64,000 nt of DNA from Thermoanaerobaculia bacterium (GTDB lineage Bacteria > Acidobacteriota > Thermoanaerobaculia > UBA5066). Under the pieces are notes generated by a model that saw nothing but the letters and a program-made list of their open reading frames with translations, made no database searches and was not told where the DNA came from. How positions within the stretch are numbered: the stretch's first letter is position 1; every line of letters begins with the position of its first letter. Position numbers and translations under genes: made by a program. Positions 1 to 9,832 of the stretch are shown here, piece after piece. Location: positions 14,608-78,607 of the forward strand of contig JBBRRY010000017.1 of NCBI GenBank assembly GCA_038245905.1, given 5' to 3'.

Positions 1-387
1 GAGAAGAAGGACAAGGCCCTCCATGGACTGAACCGCGCGCTCCTCCAGAACGCCGTGAAGGGCGTGACCGAGGGCTTCAAGCGGGAGATCGATCTCGTCG
101 GAATCGGCTTCAAGGCCGAGAAGAAGGCCAAAGAAGTCGTGTTCTCCGTAGGCTTTTCCCACCAGGTGAAATTCCCCGTGCCGGAGGGAATCACGATCGA
201 CGTGGCGCCCGACGCGAAAGCCAAGGACATCACGCACGTCATCGTGACCGGCGTCGACAAGCAGAAGGTCGGACAGACGGCCACCGAGATTCGCGGCATT
301 CGTCCGCCGGACCCGTACAAACTGAAGGGATTCCGCTTTGTCGGCGAAATCCTGAAGAAGAAGGCCGGCAAGGCCACGGGCAAGTAA
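1..387 (+). CDS. rplF: 50S ribosomal protein L6 (5'-truncated by the window edge)
   Basis: Frame is open from base 1 ([26 protein letters not shown]...); C-terminal [10 protein letters not shown] motif; upstream of rplR. Confidence 0.95.
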   Translation, partial: EKKDKALHGLNRALLQNAVKGVTEGFKREIDLVGIGFKAEKKAKEVVFSVGFSHQVKFPVPEGITIDVAPDAKAKDITHVIVTGVDKQKVGQTATEIRGIRPPDPYKLKGFRFVGEILKKKAGKATGK

Positions 388-406
388 GGTTAAGGAAGCA
401 GGAACC

Positions 407-775
407 ATGGACAAGGCAAGAGCCCGGGTCGAAGCGAAAACGCGCATCCATGCGCGCATCCGGCAGAAGGTCAAGGGCACGGCCGCGCGGCCGCGTCTCG
501 CGGTGTCCCGCACCCTTCGCTGGATCTCCGTTCAGGTCATCGACGACGCCGCCGGTGCGACGCTCGCCCACGCGACGTCGCGCGAGGAAGGCGTGCGCGG
601 AAAAGCGAAGAGCGCGGCCAACAAGACGGCCGCCGTCAAGGTGGGGACGCTCATCGCCGAGCGCGCCCAGGCCAAGGGGATTCAGGCGGTCGTGTTCGAC
701 CGCGGCGGCCATCTCTACCACGGCAACGTGAAAGCGCTCGCGGAAGCCGCCCGCGAGAAGGGGTTGAAGTTTTGA
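407..775 (+). CDS. rplR: 50S ribosomal protein L18
   Basis: RPRLAVSR and [23 protein letters not shown] motifs; spc operon order. Confidence 0.97.
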   Translation: MDKARARVEAKTRIHARIRQKVKGTAARPRLAVSRTLRWISVQVIDDAAGATLAHATSREEGVRGKAKSAANKTAAVKVGTLIAERAQAKGIQAVVFDRGGHLYHGNVKALAEAAREKGLKF

Positions 776-1446
776 GCAGCACTCCGCCAGCCAATCGTCC
801 TCCGCGCCCGAACCGTCCCGGCGGCCGCTCCGGCGGTCCCGGCGGCCCGCCCCAGCGCCCCGCCGGCGCTCTCGGTGAAGGCCGCGCGGGAGCCGACCTC
901 ATCGACCACGTCGTCCACATCAACCGCGTCACGAAGGTCGTAAAAGGCGGCAAGAACTTCTCGTTCTCGGCCCTCGTCGTCGTGGGCGACGGGCATGGCC
1001 GCGTCGGCTATGGTGCCGGCAAGGCGAAGGAAGTCCCGATGGCCATCAAGAAGGGCATCGAGATGGCGAAGAAGAAGATGATCAGCGTCCCCCTGAAGGG
1101 CAAGACGATCCCGCATCCGATCGTCGGCCACTACGGCGCCGGCCGGGTCATGCTGAAGCCGGCTTCCGAAGGCACGGGCGTCATCGCAGGCGGTGCCGTC
1201 CGCGCGGTGCTCGAGTCGGCCGGAGTCCAGAACATCCTCACGAAGTCCCTCGGCACGACGAACCCGCACAACGTCGTCAAGGCCACGTTCGACGCGCTGC
1301 TGCACCTGCAGCTCGAGTCGACGATCGCCCGGGCGCGCGGCCTGGGCAGCAACGAGCCGAAGGCCGCCGAACCCGTGACTGCGCTCGCGCCCACAACGGC
1401 GCTCGCGCCGGCCGTGGACGTCGATGCCACGGAGAAAATCGGATGA
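772..1446 (+). CDS. rpsE: 30S ribosomal protein S5
   Basis: [25 protein letters not shown] and [15 protein letters not shown] motifs; TTG start overlaps the rplR stop. Confidence 0.97.
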   Translation: MSSTPPANRPPRPNRPGGRSGGPGGPPQRPAGALGEGRAGADLIDHVVHINRVTKVVKGGKNFSFSALVVVGDGHGRVGYGAGKAKEVPMAIKKGIEMAKKKMISVPLKGKTIPHPIVGHYGAGRVMLKPASEGTGVIAGGAVRAVLESAGVQNILTKSLGTTNPHNVVKATFDALLHLQLESTIARARGLGSNEPKAAEPVTALAPTTALAPAVDVDATEKIG

Positions 1447-1694
1447 GCGAAGCGCAGAAAAAAGAGAAGAAAAAGCCCACGGCCGCCGCGAAGGCGGTGG
1501 CTCCGAAGCACATTCGCATTCGCCAGATCAAGTCTGGCATCTGCACGCCCGTCGACCAGAAACAGACTCTCTTCGGGCTCGGCCTCCGCCGCATCAGGCA
1601 GGAAGTCGTCCGCCTCGACACCCCGGCGATCCGGGGCCAGGTCCACAAAGTCCGCCACCTCGTCGAAATCGTCGAGGGCGGCGCGGCGAGGTAA
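1443..1694 (+). CDS. rpmD: 50S ribosomal protein L30
   Basis: IRQIKS...[29 protein letters not shown]; lies between rpsE and rplO. Confidence 0.93.
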   Translation: MSEAQKKEKKKPTAAAKAVAPKHIRIRQIKSGICTPVDQKQTLFGLGLRRIRQEVVRLDTPAIRGQVHKVRHLVEIVEGGAAR

Positions 1695-1697
1695 CGC

Positions 1698-2159
1698 ATG
1701 TCGCACGTGTCGCACGGACTCCACAACCTCGGGCCCCGCAAGGGCGCGACCCAGACGAAAAAGCGAGTTGGCCGCGGTCCTGGCTCCGGTCTCGGCAAGA
1801 CGTCGGGCAAGGGCCACAAAGGCCAGAACTCGCGCAGCGGCTATTCGCATCTGCGCGGCCACGAAGGCGGACAGAACCCGCTCCACCGCCGGCTTCCGAA
1901 GCGCGGCTTCACGAACATTTTCCGCAAGGAGTGGACGACGGTCAGCGTCGAGGCTCTCGAGCGTATGTTCAAGGCGGGTGACGCGGTCACCCTCGAGGCC
2001 CTCAAGAGCGCTGGAGTCAAGAAGACGAGCCAGGGCGTGAAGGTTCTCGGCTCGGGCGAGCTCAAGAAGGCGCTCGTCGTCTCCGCGCACCACTTCACGG
2101 AAGGCGCGAAGAAGAAGATCGAAGCCGCCGGCGGCCGCTGCGAGGTCGTGGCTCGGTAA
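1698..2159 (+). CDS. rplO: 50S ribosomal protein L15
   Basis: [21 protein letters not shown] and [16 protein letters not shown] motifs. Confidence 0.97.
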   Translation: MSHVSHGLHNLGPRKGATQTKKRVGRGPGSGLGKTSGKGHKGQNSRSGYSHLRGHEGGQNPLHRRLPKRGFTNIFRKEWTTVSVEALERMFKAGDAVTLEALKSAGVKKTSQGVKVLGSGELKKALVVSAHHFTEGAKKKIEAAGGRCEVVAR

Positions 2160-3562
2160 TGCAGATCCTCGAGTCGTTCCGCAACATTTTCGCGATCCCG
2201 GACCTGAGGAAACGTGTCCTCTTCACGTTCGGGCTGCTTGCGATCTACCGGATCGGTTCGCACATCCCGACGCCCGGTCTCGACGCGTCCGCCCTCGAAG
2301 AGTTCTTCAAGGCGAGCGCCGGGGGGCTGCTCGGCTTCCTCGACGTGTTCTCGGGCGGGGCGCTCCGGCGGCTGTCCGTGTTCGCGCTCGGCATCACGCC
2401 ATACATCACGGCGTCGATCATCCTTCAGCTCCTGACGGTCGTCTGGCCCTACCTCGAGAAGCTCTCGAAGGAAGGAGAGATGGGACGCCGGAAGATCACG
2501 CAGTACACGCGCTACGGCACGGTCATCCTCTCGGTCGTCCAGGGGACCGGCATCTCGCTCTGGCTCTGGAGCCAGACGACGCCGAGCGGGCGGTTCCTCG
2601 CGCTGCGCGACCCGGGATCGGACGCGGGCAAGCTCGGGTTCGTCCTCATGGCGATCCTGACGCTCACGACGGGCACGGCGTTCGTCATGTGGCTCGGCGA
2701 GCAGATAACGGAACGAGGAATCGGTAACGGGATTTCGCTGATCATCTTCGCAGGCATCGTCGCCGGGTTCCCGGGCGCGGTCATCAACTCGATCCAGCAG
2801 GTCCAGCGCGGCGCCATGTCGCTCTTCACGGGGCTCATCCTCCTCGTCTTCATGATCGGGGTGGTTGCGGCAATCGTCTTCGTCGAGCGCGCCCAGCGGC
2901 GCATCCCGGTGCAATACGCAAAACGCGTCGTCGGCCGGAAGGTCTACGGAGGCCAGAACACGTACCTGCCCCTGCGCGTGAACACGGGCGGCGTCATCCC
3001 GATCATTTTCGCGGTCTCGATCATCCAGTTCCCGCAGTACATCGCGTCCGCGTTCAAGAGCGACTTCATGAAGAAGATCGCCGAGCAGCTCTCCATCGGG
3101 CAGCCGCTCTACAACCTCTTCTATGCGCTCGGCATCATCTTCTTCTGCTACTTCTACATTTCGATCATCTTCAACCCGAACGACACGGCCGAGAACATGC
3201 GCAAGTACGGCGGCTTCATCCCGGGCATCCGCCCCGGAAAGGCCACGTCGGACTACATCGACAACGTGCTCACGCGCATCACCCTCATCGGCGCTCTCTA
3301 TCTCGTGGTCGTCGCCCTCATCCCCGAGTTCCTCACGATGGGCTTCAAGGTGCAGGGCATTCCGGGCATCGGCCCGTGGCTCGACGGGCACCTGCCCGCG
3401 TTCGTGACGCAGGGCCTCGGCATCACGTTCTTCTTCGGCGGCACGTCGCTTCTCATCGTCGTGGGCGTCGCCATGGACACGGTCCAGCAAGTGGAGTCGC
3501 AGCTCGTCATGCGTAACTACGATGGCTTCCTCAAGAAGGGCCGCATCCGGGGGCGTCGCTGA
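2159..3562 (+). CDS. secY: preprotein translocase subunit SecY
   Basis: SVFALGITPYITASII, WLGEQITERGIGNGISLIIFAGI and GGFIPGIRPG motifs; multiple TM segments. Confidence 0.98.
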   Translation: MQILESFRNIFAIPDLRKRVLFTFGLLAIYRIGSHIPTPGLDASALEEFFKASAGGLLGFLDVFSGGALRRLSVFALGITPYITASIILQLLTVVWPYLEKLSKEGEMGRRKITQYTRYGTVILSVVQGTGISLWLWSQTTPSGRFLALRDPGSDAGKLGFVLMAILTLTTGTAFVMWLGEQITERGIGNGISLIIFAGIVAGFPGAVINSIQQVQRGAMSLFTGLILLVFMIGVVAAIVFVERAQRRIPVQYAKRVVGRKVYGGQNTYLPLRVNTGGVIPIIFAVSIIQFPQYIASAFKSDFMKKIAEQLSIGQPLYNLFYALGIIFFCYFYISIIFNPNDTAENMRKYGGFIPGIRPGKATSDYIDNVLTRITLIGALYLVVVALIPEFLTMGFKVQGIPGIGPWLDGHLPAFVTQGLGITFFFGGTSLLIVVGVAMDTVQQVESQLVMRNYDGFLKKGRIRGRR

Positions 3563-3566
3563 CGAC

Positions 3567-4136
3567 ATGCCATCCGCCGTCGTTTTCTTCGGCCCTCCCG
3601 GCTCGGGAAAGGGGACTCAGGCGTCGCGGCTCGCGGCGTCGCTGGGGATTCCCCAGGTCTCGACCGGAGACCTCCTCCGGAGTCACGTCTCACGGGGAAC
3701 GGCGCTCGGCGGAATCGCGAAACCCATCATGGAGTCGGGCGCGCTCGTGCCGGACGATCTCGTGACGAAGATGCTGAAAGAGCGGCTCGCCGAGGCCGAC
3801 GCGAAAAGCGGGGCGATTTTCGACGGGTATCCGAGAACGGTCGCACAGGCCCAGTCTCTCGAGGCGCTCCTCGAGGGCGCCGGCGGCCGCGTGAACCCGG
3901 TGCTCTTCATCGACGTGCCCGACACAACGCTCGTCGACCGGTTGCTCAAGCGCGCCACCCTAGAAGGTCGTGCGGACGACACGAAGGAGACAATCGCCGA
4001 GCGGCTGCGCGTGTATCGCGAGAAGACGGCGCCGCTTGCCGACCTCTACGCGAAGGCCGGTGTTCTCGTGAAGATCGATGGCGACCGCTCCGTCGAGGCC
4101 GTCGCGGTGGACGTGCGCCGGGCGGTGATCGCGTGA
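3567..4136 (+). CDS. adk: adenylate kinase (short-LID type)
   Basis: GPPGSGKGTQ P-loop, STGDLLR, DGYPRT, GRADD; ATG at 3567 just after the secY stop. Confidence 0.95.
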   Translation: MPSAVVFFGPPGSGKGTQASRLAASLGIPQVSTGDLLRSHVSRGTALGGIAKPIMESGALVPDDLVTKMLKERLAEADAKSGAIFDGYPRTVAQAQSLEALLEGAGGRVNPVLFIDVPDTTLVDRLLKRATLEGRADDTKETIAERLRVYREKTAPLADLYAKAGVLVKIDGDRSVEAVAVDVRRAVIA

Positions 4137-4951
4137 TCACCTGCAAGGGCAAGTCGGAGATCCTCAAGATGGAGCACGCGGCCCGCATCGTGCACGAGAC
4201 GTTGTCCGAGTGTGTGGCGGCGTGCCTCGCCGGGAGGACGACGGAGGAGATCGACCGCATCGCGGCGGCCGGCATCGCGTCTCGCGGCGGCAAGCCCGCA
4301 TTCCCGGGCTATCGCGGCTACCCCAAGACGCTCTGCATCTCGATCAACGACGAGGTGGTTCACGGCATCCCGTCGACGAAGCGCGTCCTCAAGGCGGGCG
4401 ACGTCGTGGGGCTGGACCTGGGCGCGATCGTCGAGGGCTACTACGCGGACGCCGCGCGCTCGATCGCCGTCGAGCCGGTGCCCGCCCCGGTGCGGGAGTT
4501 GATCGACACGACGCACGCTGCCCTCCTTGCCGGTATCGGGGCCGTCGTCGTCGGCGGCCGCATCGGCGACATCGGGGCGGCCGTCGAGGCCGTCGCGAGG
4601 AGCAAGAAGTACGGCGTCGTTCGTGAGTTCGTGGGCCACGGGATCGGTACGGCGCTCCATGAAGAGCCGCAGGTTCCGAACTACGGCCCCGGCGGCAAGC
4701 GCGAGATCATCCGCGAGGGGATGGTCCTTGCCATCGAGCCGATGTTCAACCTCGGCGCCGCGGCGGTCACGACCGATGCCGACGGATGGACCGTGCGCAC
4801 GAAGGACGGTCGGCCCTCGGCGCATTTCGAGCACACGGTGGTGGCGACGGCCAAGGGGCCGGTCGTCCTCGGGTTCGGGCGATTCACGGCCGGTTCGGCG
4901 CAGACGGGCGCCCCCGGTCTTCACGAGTATCCGCTTCCCGTCGCGGTTTGA
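4133..4951 (+). CDS. map: type I methionyl aminopeptidase
   Basis: CISINDEVVHGIP, GHGIGTALHEEP, AIEPM and SAHFEHT motifs. Confidence 0.96.
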   Translation: MITCKGKSEILKMEHAARIVHETLSECVAACLAGRTTEEIDRIAAAGIASRGGKPAFPGYRGYPKTLCISINDEVVHGIPSTKRVLKAGDVVGLDLGAIVEGYYADAARSIAVEPVPAPVRELIDTTHAALLAGIGAVVVGGRIGDIGAAVEAVARSKKYGVVREFVGHGIGTALHEEPQVPNYGPGGKREIIREGMVLAIEPMFNLGAAAVTTDADGWTVRTKDGRPSAHFEHTVVATAKGPVVLGFGRFTAGSAQTGAPGLHEYPLPVAV

Positions 4952-4972
4952 CGGCAGCGAGACAGAAGGTTT

Positions 4973-5191
4973 ATGTCGAAGGAAGACGCCATCGAAGTGA
5001 CCGCAACGGTGATCGAGCCGCTGCCGAACGCGATGTTCAAGGTCGAGTTGGAAAACAAACATCAGGTGCTCGCACACATCTCCGGCAAGATGCGGAAACA
5101 TTTCATCCGAATCCTGCCGGGAGACAAGGTCCTCGTCGAACTCTCGCCGTACGACCTGACGCGCGGGCGCATCATCTACCGGTACAAGTGA
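4973..5191 (+). CDS. infA: translation initiation factor IF-1
   Basis: MSKEDAIEV...[12 protein letters not shown]...[18 protein letters not shown]. Confidence 0.98.
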   Translation: MSKEDAIEVTATVIEPLPNAMFKVELENKHQVLAHISGKMRKHFIRILPGDKVLVELSPYDLTRGRIIYRYK

Positions 5192-5204
5192 ATCGAGGTC
5201 TCGC

Positions 5205-5318
5205 ATGAAAGTCCGCACGTCCGTCAAGAAGATCTGCAGCAAGTGCAAGGTGATCCGCCGCGCCGGCGTGGTGCGGGTCATTTGCGAGAACGTCAAGCAC
5301 AAGCAGCGTCAGGGCTGA
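5205..5318 (+). CDS. rpmJ: 50S ribosomal protein L36 (not in the ORF track)
   Basis: Manual translation gives [37 protein letters not shown]; GAGG SD upstream; lies between infA and rpsM. Confidence 0.96.
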   Translation: MKVRTSVKKICSKCKVIRRAGVVRVICENVKHKQRQG

Positions 5319-5331
5319 AGAGGAATTCGCA

Positions 5332-5715
5332 ATGGCTCGTATCGCAGGCGTCGACCTTCCCCCGAACAAGCGCGTCGAAATCGGCCTGACCTACATTTTC
5401 GGGATCGGCCGTCCAAGCTCCGGAAAGATCCTGGAGACCGCAAAGGTCGACCGGAACACGCGCGTCAAGGATCTCTCCGAGGACGAGGTTTCCCGGATCC
5501 GCAAGACGATCCAGGACGACTATGAGGTCGAGGGCGATCTCCGCAAGGAGACGTCCCAGGACATCAAGCGGCTCATGGAGATCGGCTGCTATCGCGGCGT
5601 CCGGCACCGCCGGAACCTCCCCGTCCGCGGTCAGCGCACACACACGAACGCCCGCACGCGGAAGGGGCCCCGCAAGGGCGCCGTGGCCGGCAAGAAGAAG
5701 GCTACGAAAAAGTAG
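5332..5715 (+). CDS. rpsM: 30S ribosomal protein S13
   Basis: [10 protein letters not shown]...[28 protein letters not shown]. Confidence 0.98.
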   Translation: MARIAGVDLPPNKRVEIGLTYIFGIGRPSSGKILETAKVDRNTRVKDLSEDEVSRIRKTIQDDYEVEGDLRKETSQDIKRLMEIGCYRGVRHRRNLPVRGQRTHTNARTRKGPRKGAVAGKKKATKK

Positions 5716-5719
5716 GTAA

Positions 5720-6154
5720 ATGATGGCTACACCAACTGAAGCTTCCGCGACCGCGAAACCCGCGACTCCCAAGGGCAAGAAGAAGGGTCCGAAAAGGGAT
5801 AAGAAGAACATCCCACACGCGCTAGCGACGGTGCAGGCGTCCTTCAACAACACGATCGTCTCGATCACCGACCAGCAGGGCAACGTCCTCGCCTGGTCGT
5901 CGGCGGGGCGCATCGGGTTCAAGGGCTCGCGCAAAGGCACCCCCTTCGCGGCGCAGCTGGCCGCCGGGAACGCCGCGCAGATCGCCCAGGAGAGCGGCGT
6001 CCGCTCGCTGGACGTCCGCGTGAACGGACCGGGCGCCGGCCGCGAGAGCGCGATCCGAGCCCTCGCAGCCGCGGGCATCGACATCCGTTCCATCAAGGAC
6101 GCGACGCCGATCCCGCACAACGGCTGCCGCCCGCGCAAGCGGCGGCGGGTCTGA
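5720..6154 (+). CDS. rpsK: 30S ribosomal protein S11
   Basis: [26 protein letters not shown] and [16 protein letters not shown] motifs. Confidence 0.98.
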   Translation: MMATPTEASATAKPATPKGKKKGPKRDKKNIPHALATVQASFNNTIVSITDQQGNVLAWSSAGRIGFKGSRKGTPFAAQLAAGNAAQIAQESGVRSLDVRVNGPGAGRESAIRALAAAGIDIRSIKDATPIPHNGCRPRKRRRV

Positions 6155-6160
6155 GAGGCG

Positions 6161-6186
6161 CCCCTCTTACCTTCTAAGAATTCTTC
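6161..6186 (+). repeat. copy of the dispersed ~26-bp motif (intergenic, rpsK-rpsD)
   Basis: CCCCTCTTACCTTCTAAGAATTCTTC. Confidence 0.75.
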
Positions 6187-6279
6187 GGAATTCTTCGTCC
6201 GTAAACCGAGCTCTCGATTCCGGGCCGGGAAGAAGGACGCAATGAAATGACGGAATCGGACGAGAGGTCGTGATTTCCC

Positions 6280-6906
6280 GTGGCTCGTTATCGTGAATCG
6301 GTCTGCCGGCTCTGCCGGCGCGAAGCAATGAAGCTGTTCCTCAAGGGGGACCGCTGTTTCACCAACAAGTGCGCGATCGAGCGCCGCAATTTTCCGCCCG
6401 GCCAGCACGGCAAGCGTCGCTCCAAGATCCTCGGCTACGGCATCCAGCTTCGTGAGAAGCAGAAGCTGAAGAGGTTCTACGGGGTGCTCGAGGGCCAGTT
6501 CCGGCTCACGTTCGAGGCCGCCGAGCGCATGCGCGGCGTCACGGGCGAGAACCTCCTCTCGCTCCTGGAACGCCGTCTCGACAACGTCGTTCACCGCCTC
6601 GGCTTCTCCGGCTCGCGCGCTCAGGCGCGCCAGCTCGTCCGTCACGGGCATGTCCGCGTGAACGGCAAGAAGGTGAACGTGCCGAGCTATGTCGTCGGCA
6701 CGGGCGCCCTCGTCTCCGTCAAGGAGAAGAGCAAGGCGAATCCGCTCATCGCCGGCGCCGTCGAAACGGCCAAGGGCCGCGGAATCCCGGCGTGGCTCGA
6801 GCTGAACGCGGCGGAATTCCAGGGCAAGGTCGTCAAGCTTCCGAAGCGCGAAGACGTCGCGCTGCAGGTCAACGAAAAGCTCATCGTCGAGCTGTACTCG
6901 AAGTAG
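6280..6906 (+). CDS. rpsD: 30S ribosomal protein S4 (Cys-containing, zinc-type N-terminus)
   Basis: [16 protein letters not shown]...C, QLREKQK and LERRLDNVV motifs. Confidence 0.98.
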   Translation: MARYRESVCRLCRREAMKLFLKGDRCFTNKCAIERRNFPPGQHGKRRSKILGYGIQLREKQKLKRFYGVLEGQFRLTFEAAERMRGVTGENLLSLLERRLDNVVHRLGFSGSRAQARQLVRHGHVRVNGKKVNVPSYVVGTGALVSVKEKSKANPLIAGAVETAKGRGIPAWLELNAAEFQGKVVKLPKREDVALQVNEKLIVELYSK

Positions 6907-6969
6907 TTCCGTCACGAACACTCCCGCGCGCGCCGCTCAGCGGATCAGTCGCAGGGACAGGAGAAACAG

Positions 6970-7941
6970 ATGTTGTGGAAGGGTTTTCAACGTCCGAACC
7001 GTCTCGAGGTCGATGAAGAGAAGGGCAACTACGGCCGTTTCACGGCGCAACCGCTCGAGCGGGGCTGGGGCACGACGGTCGGCAACGCGCTTCGCCGCGT
7101 TCTTCTCTCGTCGATCGAGGGTGCCGCGGTCACCGCGGTGAAGATCGAGGGCGTGGAGCACGAGTTCACGGCCGTCCCGGGCGTCGTCGAAGACGTCACG
7201 GACATCATCCTCAATCTCAAGGGCCTCGCGATTCGTCTGCACGATGACGGCCCGCGCGCGCTCACGCTCGACGTCAAGACGAAGGGCGGCGTGACCGCCG
7301 ACGCCTTCGAGGACGACGCGCAGCTCGAGATTCTCAATCCCGACGCCCCCGTCGCGACGCTGGCCGACGGAGGCCGCCTGCGTCTCGAGGCCACGGTCAG
7401 CAAGGGCCGTGGCTATGTGCCGGCCGACCGCAACTTCGACCCGGAGGCACCGATCGGAACGATTCCGCTCGATTCGGCCCACTCGCCCGTGCGCCGCGTG
7501 AACTATCACGTCGAGGCGGCTCGCGTCGGCCAGGCGACGGACTACGACAAGCTCGTCATCGAAGTCTGGACGAACGGCACGATCACTCCGCGCGACGCCG
7601 TTGGCGTGGCCGCGGTTCTCATCCGCGACCATCTCGCGATTTTCGTGAACGTCGAGACGGACGAGGCGGCCCAGGCGGCCGGAGCCGAGATGCCCCAGAG
7701 CGAGCTCGACGCTCTGCTCGACACGAACGTCGAGGAGCTCGAGCTTTCCGTGCGCAGCGCGAATTGCCTCAAGAACGCCGGCATCCGCACGCTTCGCGAG
7801 CTGGTCCAGAAGACCGAAAGGGACATGCTCGAGACGAAGAACTTCGGGCGGAAGAGCCTGAACGAGATCAAGGACATCCTGCGCGACAAGGGCCTCGCCT
7901 TCGGCATGAAGCTCGAGTCTCCGGCCGGCGCGGGTCGCTGA
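6970..7941 (+). CDS. rpoA: RNA polymerase subunit alpha
   Basis: [38 protein letters not shown] and [15 protein letters not shown]...[10 protein letters not shown]. Confidence 0.98.
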   Translation: MLWKGFQRPNRLEVDEEKGNYGRFTAQPLERGWGTTVGNALRRVLLSSIEGAAVTAVKIEGVEHEFTAVPGVVEDVTDIILNLKGLAIRLHDDGPRALTLDVKTKGGVTADAFEDDAQLEILNPDAPVATLADGGRLRLEATVSKGRGYVPADRNFDPEAPIGTIPLDSAHSPVRRVNYHVEAARVGQATDYDKLVIEVWTNGTITPRDAVGVAAVLIRDHLAIFVNVETDEAAQAAGAEMPQSELDALLDTNVEELELSVRSANCLKNAGIRTLRELVQKTERDMLETKNFGRKSLNEIKDILRDKGLAFGMKLESPAGAGR

Positions 7942-7948
7942 GGAATCC

Positions 7949-8587
7949 ATGCAGCACAATCGAGCGGGCCGCAAGCTCGGCCGGACGACAGCGCATCGCA
8001 AGTCGCTGTTTCGGAACCAGCTTTCGTCCCTCATTACCCACGAGCGGATCCAGACGACGCTGCCGAAGGCGAAAGACCTCCGGCCGCTCATCGAGAAGAT
8101 GGTCACCCTCGGAAAGCGGGGCGGTCTACACGCGCGACGTCTCGCCCTGAAGACCATCCCTGAGGCGACGACTGTCAAGAAGCTCTTCGAGGAGATCGCG
8201 CCGCGCTTCAAAGAGCGGGCCGGTGGCTACACTCGCATCATGAAGCTCGGACGGCGTCAAGGCGACGGCGCCGAGATGGCAATCCTCGAGTTCATCGACT
8301 TCGACTGGGCGCACCGCCAGGCGGCCAAGAAGGTTGCCGCGAAGGCCGCCGACGAGAAAAAGCAGTCGCTTCTCGAGAAGGCCAAGAAGCTCGTCTCGGG
8401 CAAGAGTGACGACAAGGCCGAGAAAAAGGGCGACGGCGCCGAAGGCTCTGATGACGCCGAGAAGGCCGAGAAAAAGGCCAAGGTGCCTGTCGAAAAGAAG
8501 AAGGGCTACACGGCTCCGAAGGGACCCAGAGGCTCAGGACCGAAGAGCGGCGGCTCCCACGGCGGCGGCAAGCGCAAGACCGGCTAG
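7949..8587 (+). CDS. rplQ: 50S ribosomal protein L17 with long Lys-rich C-terminal tail
   Basis: [16 protein letters not shown] and [22 protein letters not shown] motifs. Confidence 0.96.
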   Translation: MQHNRAGRKLGRTTAHRKSLFRNQLSSLITHERIQTTLPKAKDLRPLIEKMVTLGKRGGLHARRLALKTIPEATTVKKLFEEIAPRFKERAGGYTRIMKLGRRQGDGAEMAILEFIDFDWAHRQAAKKVAAKAADEKKQSLLEKAKKLVSGKSDDKAEKKGDGAEGSDDAEKAEKKAKVPVEKKKGYTAPKGPRGSGPKSGGSHGGGKRKTG

Positions 8588-8621
8588 GTAGACAGGAAAG
8601 ATAGAGAAGAGACTCGGATAC

Positions 8622-8647
8622 GGATTTTCTTAAAAGGTTAAGAGGGG
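8622..8647 (-). repeat. copy of the dispersed motif (after rplQ, abutting the terminator)
   Basis: Reverse complement reads CCCCTCTTAACCTTTTAAGAAAATCC. Confidence 0.65.
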
Positions 8648-8671
8648 CCCCGGTTCGCCGGGGCCTTTTTT
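8646..8671 (+). terminator. Rho-independent terminator of the ribosomal protein operon
   Basis: Stem GGCCCCGG-TTCG-CCGGGGCC followed by TTTTTT. Confidence 0.9.
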
Positions 8672-8685
8672 CATGAGGGGGGCTT

Positions 8686-9078
8686 CTACCCGAGCGCTTT
8701 CTCGATCTCCTGTATGAGGACCTTCGTCGAGAAGGGTTTCGTGATGTAGCTCGACGCCCCGAGCCGGAGTCCGAGGTCGCGCTCCGACGGCAGCGTGCGC
8801 GCCGTCAGCATCACGATCGGCAGACGGGACGTGGCCGGGTTTTCCTTCAGGATGCGGCAGACGTCGAAGCCCGTGAGGCCGGGCGTGAGGGACACGTCGA
8901 GGAGCACGAGGTCGGGCGCTTCCTCGCGCACCATCCGGAGGGCCTCTTCGCCGCCGGTCGCCTCCACAGGCAGGAGTCCCGTCAGGCGGAGCTTGAAGGA
9001 GAGGATCTTCAGGATCGTCGGTTCGTCGTCCACGACCAGGATCTTTCGGCCCGCAAGGCCCGGGGGAAGGCTGCTCAT
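8686..9078 (-). CDS. single-domain response regulator (receiver)
   Basis: KILVVDDEP, PDLVLLD, IVMLTA and YITKPF motifs. Confidence 0.9.
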   Translation of the reverse strand: MSSLPPGLAGRKILVVDDEPTILKILSFKLRLTGLLPVEATGGEEALRMVREEAPDLVLLDVSLTPGLTGFDVCRILKENPATSRLPIVMLTARTLPSERDLGLRLGASSYITKPFSTKVLIQEIEKALG

Positions 9079-9085
9079 CGAGCCG

Positions 9086-9523
9086 TCATTCTAGCGAGAG
9101 CGCGGCGCCGGTCAGCACGACGACAGCGGCGGCCATCTCCCGCGTGTGGGTGATCGTGACGTGGGCGCCCGTGACGCCGAGGCGCGCTCCGTGGAGGCGG
9201 GCCCGTCCGAAGAGGGCGAGCCGGGGCGGACCGCCGGGACTGCGCACGATGGCGAGCTCGCGAAACGCGATTCCGCGCATTCCTGTCCCGAGCGCTTTCA
9301 TCGCCGCCTCTTTCGCCGCGAAGAGCCCCGCGACATGCTCCGCGTACGCCGGCGATTCGGGGGGGCGGCGGACCTCGCCCGGCCGGAAGAGCCTCTCGGC
9401 AAAGCGCGCTCCGTGGCGTGCGATCGCGCGCGCCACCCGTGGAATCTCGCAGAGGTCGACGCCGAGTCCGACCACTCCCGATCCCGGAGGAAGGCCGTCC
9501 TCCGGACCGACGCGGCTGCTCAC
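9086..9523 (-). CDS. acpS: holo-ACP synthase
   Basis: GLGVDLCEIPR, FAAKEAAMKALGTG and VTITHT motifs; GTG at 9523 overlaps the upstream stop. Confidence 0.88.
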   Translation of the reverse strand: MSSRVGPEDGLPPGSGVVGLGVDLCEIPRVARAIARHGARFAERLFRPGEVRRPPESPAYAEHVAGLFAAKEAAMKALGTGMRGIAFRELAIVRSPGGPPRLALFGRARLHGARLGVTGAHVTITHTREMAAAVVVLTGAALSLE

Positions 9524-9801
9524 GCAGGCTCCCGCGAGTCCGGCGAAGCCGCATCGCCCTTCATCTCGCGCCTCCACGTCTCGATCTCGGAAACTGCGGC
9601 CCAGAGGTGCAGGAGCCCGAACCCGAGGAGGAAACTCCGGAAATAGGGCGATTCCAGGAAGGGACGCGTTTTCTCCGGAGACCGTCCGACGACGCGCACC
9701 GTCCAGTACCGGCCCCACGGCGCGAGAGTCAGGAACGCACCGGCCTCGAGGGCGTAGAGGACGAAGAGCGCCCTGAGAAGCCTGCCGCCGGTTCGTGCCA
9801 C
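9520..9801 (-). CDS. small membrane hypothetical protein
   Basis: 93 aa with two hydrophobic segments; coupled to acpS; TACAAT 6 nt before the GTG. Confidence 0.7.
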   Translation of the reverse strand: MARTGGRLLRALFVLYALEAGAFLTLAPWGRYWTVRVVGRSPEKTRPFLESPYFRSFLLGFGLLHLWAAVSEIETWRREMKGDAASPDSREPA

Positions 9802-9832
9802 CCCCGGATTGTAGAGGGAGGTCGCCGGCGGG

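Noticed and set aside
1841-8211. Long antisense ORFs (e.g. 1841-3568, 5293-6921, 6937-8211) and similar ones across the window
   Set aside because: These are shadow frames of high-GC3 genes on the opposite strand, with no recognisable motifs.
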